Assembly (NCBI GenBank): GCA_002633005.1
Contig: NMRA01000087.1
Location: forward strand, 124,001 to 188,000
Length of the DNA: 64,000 bases
DNA from: Phoronis australis
Taxonomy: Eukaryota > Animalia > Phoronida
Direction: 5' to 3'
In this document: in pieces, positions 1-11,300 of the stretch
Position numbering within the stretch: the first letter of the stretch is position 1
Layout: the number at the start of each line of letters is the position of its first letter
Notes under the pieces: generated by a model
Told to the model about the DNA's origin: nothing
The model's database searches: none
The model's input: only the letters and a program-made list of their open reading frames with translations
Made by a program: the position numbers and the translations under genes

Positions 1-491
1 GTTCTGTACTTCTAGTACGCGAGAATATCGCAAAAACGCAAGATCACGCAAATGATAATCGCTAGCAAAACAAAGGATCACGCTAGCTTCCTTCACGAGA
101 TTCTTGGGTCTACGTGGGCAGTGCCCAGCTGTTTCTGCACCTGCCCACAGCCTACGAGTTGTGAACACCTGACGTCGTCGTCGTCGTTACCGTTATTTAG
201 GATTTCACCCAATGAGCTATGTACATAGTTATTTTTTGTCATCTCACTGATTTCACCTGCCGCCCCGACATCTATTGGTTTTATTAAGAGTCGCAGAATG
301 ACGCCTAATCGCACTACCCAATCACATTTGTTATAACTGCAAGAGTATTCTTCGCGCAAGCGCATTAGAGGTGTTTTCAATGGTCAGCTGCATAGACTAT
401 GTTTGGTTGACAAAACTGTCGTATTTTTCCATTTAATTAGTACATCACGGCTCATTTTTACTCAGGATTGAAGGAGGGTTTATCAGGCCTG

Positions 492-3400
492 ATGAACCTT
501 GCAAGCCAAGCTGGGGACCCAAGCTCCAGTTTGCTTTTCGTCAATTTCAATCAAGATTGCACGTAAGTAGGACATGTCAATTTTGCAAGAGATTGCAGAA
601 TTCAGATTCACAGTTATTAGCCTGAGACTGATATCTGCTTTTGCCGATGTCATGCTGATACCCTCGTGTAAAGCTCACGAACAGTTACTCACAAGCTTTG
701 GGATTACTGAGTCAGGTTCTTAAGTTATCGTTTCTTCGTTGTAGGTCCATAGCTATTGGAACGAAGGTTGGGTTTAAGTTATTGTCTCTGGGTTCCGTGG
801 ACAAGTTAGAACAAATCTATGAGTCAGGTGCTGGGTCAGGTGAGTTTCACATTTTGCTCTTTAACAAACCTTAGGGAATGCTAAAAATAAATGCCTAATT
901 AGTTACAATTGTGATTTGATGATTTTTGCTCAAAAATTTTGCTTTGTGCCTCTCTGTTTGCCACTTGGGTTATGAAATGTTTATGCAATGTTCACTGGGG
1001 AGGCTGTACCTTGGATAGAATGTCCAAAACAAAGTACCACTATTCCATGAGGAAATATTGATTGCTTTGGAATACTTTCTCATCACTGGGTTTATTTATC
1101 TTGAAGTCGTCTTTGTTTGGATAATTTCACCCTTCTGAATTTTATTGCTTTCAAGTTGTCAAATGTAGTTACTTGAAAACGACATCTTAACTTGTTTATT
1201 ACGTACTTACTACCTGCCTGTGGTCGGATTTGGCTCACTTGAACGCTGTATTTCTCAAATTAGTCACTGTTAAAATCATCGGCTATTTAATACAGTCCAT
1301 CTTTAAGAGAGGCATTGTTCTGTCAGAATTATATGCCTGATACTTTTTATTTGAAACCTACATCGGAAGCCATAACTTGTAATTAATTGTATTTGCCCGT
1401 GTACAGGTGATTGGTAAATTGAAGAAACTACTTAACTCATGTAACAGCAGCCATGCAGTGTGCATATTGTTGTCATTTTTGTTACTGATACTGAGAGGAG
1501 CCTAGTGGTTAATATCTTGAGATTTGTTCTTAAACTAGAACAGAACATAAATCTTGGTTTTAAAGATAAAATGTAGGCTCTGATGCTCAACATAAATCTT
1601 GTTACGTTTGTTACCTAGATTCAAAACAATGCTAGCCACCAAGTTCATGAAACTAAATCCTTCATGATTTATCTGACCTATTTGGCCTGTTGCTAAATGT
1701 TGTTTCCGCAACGTTAATAGGTTTCAACCCCAGGGGCTCCTTTCCAAGCAGTGTCAGACCAATGCAATACCTGGCGAGGCCCTCAATGCCTTAATTTTGA
1801 GGGCAATTGTTATCACCATTCCCTTTGAAAAATGTTTGAAAATCACGTGATATTCACCTCATCAGGCCCCAAAATTACCCTCCATTGATTGAAAAATTTT
1901 TCTCAAGGTTAAAATCACTTCCATAAAATGTTTGTTCTGTGTGCGTGAGTTACCTGAGGCATTGTCAATGAAAAGGTGCGACTGAGGGTGGAATTGGTGG
2001 TGACTATGGGAATTTTCCCCCGAACCCAAAACTTCCCCTTTTAAAAGGCACAGGCTCCTTTCCCCTCAGGTGAGTGAGGGTGCTACCTGGGCTGGTGGTA
2101 AACTATGTACCTCAGACAAATGCAAATGGTGAAAAATCATTTCAAAGTCAATGCCAAGAGACATTGCCGAGTAGCCAAAATGCCTACGTAAGTTACAGCA
2201 TTTCCTGACTAACCACTTCTCACCACAGTGGCAGTGATATCAAGACCATATGTAGATAAATGTGCACGATTGATATGAAGACATACAATGTGATGTTCAA
2301 ATATATAGTGTATGTACATGCATTTCATCTTCATATCTTAAGTACAATTTTGTAATAGAAAGAGTGTGGGTAAATAGACCAAAACCGCTAGTCTCAGTTT
2401 CAACATCTCTAGTTCGTTCTTATTATTATAATAAGTAAATTAGAAACCAAAATATTTCTGCTTTTCAGAGAAAAAGGAGGACATATGTATTGTCGAACGG
2501 CTGTTCTCAAGTAGTCTTGTTGCCATAGTCAGTCTTTCATCACCTAGGAAGCTTAAGGTGTGCCACTTTAAAAAGGGAACAGAGATATGCAACTACAGCT
2601 ACCCCAATACCATACTAGCCGTGAGACTCAACAGGCAGGTGAGTGGCACCACGATGCACGTAGATCTCGGTGTGTTTTGTTTTCCTAAGGTTAGTTGTTA
2701 TCAGCCAAGTTCCAGAGGTTGTTCAACTATTTTAAAAACGATTCCTTTTAGCCTTTTGAAGAATAGTGCGTTAACTTTATGCGGCAGTTTCATGTGACTC
2801 CGCTTAGTCATTTCCGAGATATGATGTTCCGATGTTAGCCATATTTGGCCATTTCTATGGAGTCCTACATAACCTTAAGTCCACACGCTGTGCAGAAGAA
2901 TCAAAATGCTAGTATAAGAATTCAAACAAGTGCAGCGTTGAAAAGATCAAGTACTAATTGCCTATTGGCTACACTCTCAGTGTCCTGAAGCACTATTGGA
3001 CTTGAGCTGTCATTCACCTGTTTGAATCAGTGAACATGTGTGTAAAACACTAACAAGAAGCCAATTGATCGCGACTGTCGTATTATGTGGTATCACTTGA
3101 GTGGCTGTAGGATGTGTGAAAACTCCCCTGGTCGCTTGTTACGCCATGTGCACTCAAATAGTTGAGAACAGTACTCGCAGGGTTCAAAAGAAGTCTTATT
3201 GAAGACGAGATTCCAATAGTGGTCTGTAGCTGAAAGACAAAGTAATGCCTTAATTTTTTTTTTCAAGAACTGGTCCTGCAAATTCATCCCGTTTCCTTTG
3301 GTTTCTGAATTTGTGACACCTAGGCTTTAAAAATTGGTTGAGTTTTTATTGAAATACATACTACAGACTGTAGTTCTGTTCGGTGATGCCTGATTCTGAG

Positions 3401-5352
3401 AACCAGTTTCATCTACGGCTATTAGTGATTGCTGGGTTCTCAAAGTCATGGCCTACCAATAGAGTGGTCCAATATTTTTAAGAACAAAAATCCCGTAAAT
3501 GCCAGAGTTGCTCATAACAGCTGGTTAACACCAGACTCTTAATCTTATTAGCATAGTTTGCTTTCATTTTTGAAACGAGGCCAACAAGTTTAGACTAATT
3601 ATTCTTGAAATCAAACTTTCTTGTTTCATAGTCTAGATGCAAAATTGGTTTAATGGAACCAGAAGCTTTTGGCCTCATAGTTTTTGTTTGATTCGAACCT
3701 TGGTTTTCTGGTACAAACATGGGAAACAATTCATCTGTTGCCTGTGGCGGTGTTTCAGCGACTGGTCGTCTGTCTAGAGGAGAGTCTTTACATCCACAAC
3801 ATTCGCGACATGAAGGTGCTGCACACGATACGAGACACGCCTCCCAACCCCACTGGCCTTTGTGCGTTGTCCGTCAGCGATGAGAACGGTTGCCTGGCCT
3901 ACCCAGGTAGCAATCATATCGGAGAAGTGCAGATATTCGACACAATTAACCTGGTAGGTGATGGGGGTGTTGCTTAATGTTCAAAGAATCAACGTGTTAT
4001 CGTATTGAGCGTTTATGATTTAACTAGACCATCACCATGGCAACATTAAGGTAAGTTTGGTGTCCCTCAGGCTCATGTCTTACAGTTCATTTAACGAAGA
4101 AATTACAGAGTCATCTTTCCTGTGCAGTCCCACACTCATTAGTTAACACCACCCTATTCGATCCTTTTCTCCTCTGCCAGTTTACAGAACAAAGGTGTGA
4201 ACTGTCCATAATCAATGGAGCATTTGAACATTTGCAAGATATAAATACTAATCATTGAGGTCTTTTTTGTATTAGGGCAAGTTGTAAATGTTAGCATTCA
4301 TATCGCAGTGTGTTGGTCTGTTAGTCGTTACCATGCTTTTCTGTTACAGCGAGCTATCACAATGATCCCGGCCCACGACAATCCTCTGGCGGCCATGACT
4401 TTCGACGGATCGGGGACGAAAATAGCTACAGCTTCATCCAAAGGGACTGTGATCCGAGTATTTTCTATACCGGATGGCCAACGGCTATTCGAGTTTAGGA
4501 GAGGCTTGAAAAGGTAAGCGACTAAGCTATATGCTTTCTTGGATTGCTAGTCACGTATATGTTTAATGGTGTTAGGGTATCTTCATATGTTGATTTAAAT
4601 GTTCACTGAGACTTGTCACCTCTGCATGTTTTCATCCATAATATTGAAATTGTTGCCAGATATTGTGCTTCCCTTGTTGTGTCCAGTCATGGTGTTCTAT
4701 AATCAGCGTTTGACTTCTTAGCCCAGTAGCTTAGCTGTTGTACTCTAGTGAAAAAAATTGTCTGACATAAGAGATTATCATGATTTAGTTGATAATGTTT
4801 TTTCAGATAATTTGAAAACACGCTTATCATTTTGTGATTAGAGTTTAATAGGCACTTATGAAGCCTGCATTGTTATGTCTGATCATGATATGTTGAGTGC
4901 TGTCATCAATCTTGATGAGGTTATTACTCTGATAAGTGAAATGCACATATACCATGATGCTTCTATCAGTGATTGTCATTCATTAGAGACTCAGTGTGTA
5001 CTGTTAAAACAAAAAGTCTCTTGCTACTAGCTGCATTTGTATCATTGGTATAACACCCAAGCAAAGGACAGATCCAAAAACTCATGTGGTGATGAGAGTT
5101 GACTGGCTTCATGTCGTGCTTGCAAGTTCTCATAAACCTCTGTTCTGGGTTGCATTTGGGTCAGTTTTCGGCAATTCCGTGAAACAATCTATTTGGGATA
5201 AATAAATCTTCGACAGGTCACCCAATGAGAACTTGTGTGATTGTGACCCTGTAACATCGCGTGTCCTGTGATTTCAGGTGTGTAGACATCTTCTCTCTGG
5301 GCTTTAGTATTGACGCTTTATACCTTTGTGCCTCCAGCAACACTGAGACAGT
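492..5352 (+). CDS. WIPI2: WIPI2 exons 1-6 (exon 6 partial), haplotype copy A, cut off at the N at 5353
   Basis: Exons 492-562, 745-839, 2469-2638, 3759-3953, 4350-4513 and 5278-5352 ([26 protein letters not shown], broken by N). Confidence 0.9.
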
Positions 5353-8300
5353 NTTGCAAGCCAAGCTGGGGACCCAAGCTCCAGTTTGCTTTTCGTCAAT
5401 TTCAATCAAGATTGCACGTAAGTAGGATATGTCAATTTTGCAAGAGATTGCAGAATTCAGATTCACAGTTATTAGCCTGAGACTGATATCTGCTTTTGCC
5501 GATTTCATACTGATACCCTGGTGTAAAGCTCGCGAACAGTTACTCACAAGCTTTGGGATTACTGAGTCAGGTTCTTAAGTCATCGTTTCTTCGTTGTAGG
5601 TCCATAGCTATTGGAACGAAGGTTGGGTTTAAGTTATTGTCTCTGGGTTCCGTGGACAAGTTAGAACAAATCTATGAGTCAGGTGCTGGGTCAGGTGAGT
5701 TTCACATTTTGCTCTTTCACAAACCTTAGGGAAGGCTAAAAATAAATGCCTAATTAGTTACAATTGTGATTTGATGATTTTTGCTCAAAACTTTTGCTTT
5801 GTGCCTCTCTGTTTGCCACTTGGGTTATGAAATGTTTATGCAATGTTCACTGGGGAGGCTGTACCTTGGATAGAATGTCCAAAACAAAGTACCACTATTC
5901 CATGAGGTATTGATTGCTTTGGAATACTTTCTCATTACTGGGTTTATTTATCTCGAAGGTGTCTTTGTTTGGATAATTTCACCCTTCTGAATTTTATTGC
6001 TTTCGAGTTGTCAAATGTAGTTACTTGAAAACGACATCTTAACTAGTTTATTACGTACTTACTACCTGACTGTGGTCAGATTTGGCTCACTTGAACGCTG
6101 TATTTCTCAAATTAGTCACTGTTAAAATCATCGGCTATTTAATACAGTCCATTTTTAAGAAAGTCATTGTTCTGTCAGAATTATATGCCTGATATTTTTT
6201 ATTTGAAACCTACATCAGAAGCCATAACTTGTAATCAATTGTATTTGCCCGTGTACAGGTGATTGGTAAACAGAGAAGGCTGCTTAACTCATGTAACATC
6301 AGCCATGCAGTGTGCATATTGTTGTCATTTTTGTTACTGATACTGAGAGGAGCCTAGTGGTTAATATCTTGAGATTTGTTCTTAAACTAGTACAGAACAT
6401 GAATCTTGGTTTTAAAGATAAAATGTAGGCTCTGATGCTCAACATAAATCTTGTTAGGTTTGTTACCTAGATTCAAAACAATGCTAGCCACCAAGTTCAT
6501 GAAACTAAATCCTTCATGATTTATCTGACCTATTTGGCCTGTTGCTAAATGTTGTTTCCGCAACGTTAATAGGTAACAGTCTTTCAACCCCAGGGGCTCC
6601 TTTCCAAACAGTGTCAGACCAATGCAATACCTGGCGAGGCCCTCAATGCCTTAATTTTGAGGGCAATTATTATCACCATTCCCTTTTAAAAATGTTTGAA
6701 AATCACTCGATATTCACCTCATCAGGCCCCAAAATTACCCTCCATTGATTGAAAAATTTTCCTCAAGGTTAAAATCACTTCCATAAAATGTTTGTTCTGT
6801 GTGTGTGAGTTACCTGAGGCGTTGTCAATGAAAAGGTGCGACTGAGGATGGAATTGGTGGTGACTATGGGAATTTTCCCCTGAACCCAAAACTTCCCCTT
6901 TTAAAAGGCACAGGGTCCGTTCCCCTCAGGTAAGGGAGGGTGCTACCTGGGCTGGTGGTAAAATATGTACCTTAGACAATAGCAAGTGGTGAAAAGTCAT
7001 TTTGAAGTCAATGCCAAGAGACATTGCCGAGTACCCAAAATGGCCACCTAAGTTACAGCATTTCCTGACTAACCACTTCTCACCACAGTGGCAGTGATAT
7101 CAAGACCATATGTAGATAAATGTGCACCATTGATGTGAAGACATACAATGGGATGTTCAAATACATAGTGTATGTACATGCATTTCATCTTCATATCTTA
7201 AGTACAATTTTGTAATAGAAAGAGTGTGAGTATATAGACCGAAACTGCTAGTCCCAGTTTCACCATCTCTAGTTCATTCTTATTATTATAAGTAAATTAA
7301 AAACCAAAATATTTCTGGTTTTCAGAGAAAAAGGAGGACATATGTATTGTCGAACGACTGTTCTCAAGTAGTCTTGTTGCCATAGTCAGTCTTTCATCAC
7401 CTAGGAAGCTTAAGGTGTGCCACTTTAAAAAGGGAACAGAGATATGCAACTACAGCTACCCCAATACCATACTAGCCGTGAGACTCAACAGGCAGGTGAG
7501 TAGCACTATGATGCACGTGGATCTCGTTGGGTTTTGTTTTCCTAAGGTTAGTTGATATCAGCCAAGTTCCAGAGGTTGTTCAACTATTTTAAATACGATT
7601 CCTTTTAGCCTTTTGAAGAATAGTGCGTTAACTTTATGCGGTAGTTTCATGTGAATCCGCTTAGTCATTTCTGAGATATGATGTTCCGATGTTAGCCATA
7701 TTTGGACATTTCTCTAGGGTCCTACATAACCTTAAAGGAGAATGCCACCCAATTTAATCAGTCGTTTTTGCCGTCTTAATCGGTCTATATCCACATCGCC
7801 TCGCATACGGTCGAGCTTACCTTGCCAAGAGGTGTCGCGTTAACCTGTGAGGAAGGTGAGAAGCGACGCTAGTGACGTCAGTGGTTCATCTGCAGAGTGA
7901 ATGCCGCTATGTTGCGGTGCATCGGTCCCGCTTGTCCGAACTATGCAGCTGCGAGGAAAGCAGGTATATCGTTTTTTTTTTCGACTTCTTTGAGAAACCG
8001 AAATGCTTAGGAAGTGGCTCGTGGCAGTGAAGATTGAAAAGTATGCTGTAAATAGCAAGTATGAGGCCATGAAACATCTCCGTGTCTGTAGCCAGCAGTC
8101 GTCGACAGTGCCTGATGAATGCTGGCTTCCCAAATAACTATCCAATCCATACGTTCCGTTGTCTGAGCTTGTTCACGGCGCCTCTCTAGTATTTCTTTAT
8201 CACTGTATTCCTGTTCGAATTGATAGCCTGTGAAACTTAACAATCCACCTGCGAAGTCTTGTTCAGGGCTTGGAATTTTCCGCGGAAACGCGGATTTCCG

Positions 8301-11300
8301 CTTTTTTCAAATGTTCTGTCCGCGTATTTTATTATATTTCCGCGTAAAAAAAATCGGATTTGATATAAAATTTTCGCGGCAAATTTCTTTCTTACCGCCG
8401 AGTTGCTGACGACTTTCAGTTGCTCTTTATGTTTCGGAGGAACGTAAATTGTCAACATTGCCGGGGCATCTGGAATAGCGTGGTGGATTTCCTCAATGGT
8501 GGCTCGTGCGATTGTAAATCGCGGTGACAAATACTACGACTCTGCAGCCAAAAATGTTTGGAGGTGGGAGTGGCGGACGAGCTAAGACAGACGCACACTT
8601 CCGGAGGTGGTACCGTTTCCGGAGGTGGTACCATTTTTTTTATTTTTTATTTTTTAGTCCTCTCGGCAAAAGGTTCACACTGACTTTTTCAAGGCTGGCT
8701 GCGCGCATGTTTCGGGCCGTAAAAATTTCCACGTTTTTCGCCATTGGTCATTCCAAGCCCTGCTTCGTAGGGATCAACTGATGAGCTAGCTCGTCTAAGT
8801 CAGGATTGCGAGTTGCCATGTAGATGTTTATTAGTGAGCATTCTGTTTCAAAATGAATTATTCTCACCCCAACCAATACTTATATAAAAGTGAAACAAAG
8901 TCTGCCTCATTAGATGCAATTTGTAATGCCTTTAGAGTGTTTGTGAGTGCAAATGGTTTGAGAAGCCAGCAATGAATAAATCACTGCGTTACCGGCTTTA
9001 GGTGCAATAAAACCAGTTGACGGGACACCGAGGCCGTGTGACCTCATGCTAATTTAGTGTTTGCTGGCAGAAACTGTTGTGAAACAACTCAGTCGATTTC
9101 CACCCCACGACCTAGCTGGTGTTAGGGGAGTCTTTATTTACATTTACATTATTAAAATAATGATTGTCAACGTACAACTTCTGCCCTGACAATGCTGTGG
9201 CCAAAGCGGAACTTAAATTCGCGGCTTCCAACGAGTAAGTAGATTTGCAGTTTCGTGGGTAATTCACCAACATAATCACGTGCGCATTACTTTGGCTCAC
9301 TAGTATACTATTTTCTTGACTGGAAGTTTACTTTCCAACTTTGGCTGGTTTATGTTTGTGATGTCTGATCAGTTTCCGAGCCACTGGCCTGGATAACGAG
9401 TCAATCTGGCTGGCTGCGACAGGCCTGATCGGGCTCCAAACTACTGGCCAGGATAACTAGCGTTTTATGTGTTTATAGAATTCAAAAAATCACAAGTCTA
9501 AACAACACAGATCTGGGTTCTCCTGTCTATCTCACGGATCGAATTTGTCTCCGAACAGTCCCAAACTCCTGCTACGGACCTTATTGGCCTGCCGAACTTT
9601 GGGGGCTACAGCGTGTCCAAATACCAATAAATCCGTAACAGCGAAATAAAAACAACACGTTTTTATAAGAACTTGGTGTATTTTTAAGGGTTTTACATTG
9701 AAGTTTGATGATTTATTGGTGTTAAACGATGAATTCAAGTGATAAGCTGACACCAGTTACCCGTGTTGTGAGCTGTTGAACAGACTGTGTGTGAAACCAA
9801 TTACGTCATTGGATAATTTCAACACCTCTGTCTGCCATCAGGTGTCAGGTAACGCAACCGTACGTGCCGTTATGGAGTAGAACTACTCGATCTAAATTGA
9901 TACAAATTAGGTTGTTTTTGGGTGGCATGCTCCTTTAAGTCCACACGCTGTGCAGAAGAATCAAAATGCTAGTATAAGAATTCAAATAAGTGCAGCGTTG
10001 AAAAGATCAAATACTAATTGCCTATTGGCCACAATCTCAGCGCCCTGAAGCACTATTGGACTTGAGCTGTCATTCACCTGTTTGAATCAGTGAACATGTG
10101 TTTAAAACACTGACAAGAAGACAATTGATCACGACTGTCGTATTATGTAGTATCACTTGAGTGGCTGTAGGGTGTGCGAAAACTCCCCTGGTCGCTTGTT
10201 ACGCCATGTGCACTCAAATGGTTGAGTACAGTACTCGCAGGGTTCAAAAGAAGTCTTATTGAAGACGAGATTCCAATAGTGGTTTGTAGCTGAAAGACAA
10301 AGTAAATGCCTCAATTTTTTTTCAAGAACCGGTCCCACAAATTCATCCTGTTTCCTTTGCTTTCTGAATTTGTGACACCTGGGCTTTAAAAATTGGTTGA
10401 GTTTTCATTGAAATACATACTACAGACCTACAGACCCTAGTTCTGTTTGGTGATGCCTGATTCTGAGAACCAGTTTCATCTACGGCTATTTAGTGATTGT
10501 TTGGTTCTCAAAATCATGGCCTACCAATAGAGTGGTCCAATATTTTTAAGAACAAAAATCCCCTAAATGCCAGAGTTGCTCATAACAGCTGGTTAACACC
10601 AGACTCTTAATCTTATTAGCATAGTTTGCTTTCATTTTTTAAAACGAGGCCAACAAGTTTAGACTAATTTATTCTTGAAATCAAATTTTCTTGTTTCATG
10701 GAACCAGAAGCTTTTGGCCTCATAGTTTTTGTTTGATTCGAACCTTGGTTTTCTGGTACAAACATGGGAAACAATTCATCTGTTACCTGTGGCGGTGTTT
10801 CAGCGACTGGTCGTCTGTCTAGAGGAGAGTCTTTACATCCACAACATTCGCGACATGAAGGTGCTGCACACGATACGAGACACGCCTCCCAACCCCACTG
10901 GCCTTTGTGCGTTGTCCGTCAGCGATGAGAACGGTTGCCTGGCCTACCCAGGTAGCAATCATATCGGAGAAGTGCAGATATTCGACACAATTAACCTGGT
11001 AGGTGATGGGGGTGTTGCTTAATGTTCAAAGAATCGACGTGTTATCGTATTGAGCGTTTATGATTTAACTAGACCATCACCATGGCAACATTAAGGTAAG
11101 TTTGGTGTCCCTCAGGCTCATGTCTTACAGTTCATTTAACGAAGAAATTACAGAGTCATCTTTCCTGTGCAGTCCCACACTCATTAGTTAACACCACCCT
11201 ATTCGATCCTTTTCTCCTCTGCCAGTTTACAGAACAAAGGTGTGAACGGTCCATAATCAATGGAGCATTTGAACATTTGCAAGATATAAATACTAATCAT

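Larger units (their letters stand above)
7736..9934. mobile_element. Kolobok-type non-autonomous DNA transposon (2199 bp) in WIPI2 intron 3, polymorphic
   Basis: TTAA at 7732-7735 and 9935-9938; 17-bp TIRs AGGAGAATGCCACCCAA / TTGGGTGGCATGCTCCT (1 mismatch). The allelic copy has a single TTAA at 2875-2878. TTAA TSD with AG...CT termini is the Kolobok signature. Confidence 0.88.

Noticed and set aside
93-380. Minus-strand 95-aa ORF upstream of WIPI2
   Set aside because: No recognisable domain; it overlaps the probable WIPI2 promoter (CCAAT boxes near 274 and 318). A divergent first exon cannot be excluded but is unsupported.
7736-9934. piggyBac classification of the TTAA-flanked elements (this one and 45780-46883)
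   Set aside because: piggyBac ends are typically CCC/CCY...GG. These ends are AGG...CCT and the cargo is THAP/KolX-like, which fits Kolobok.
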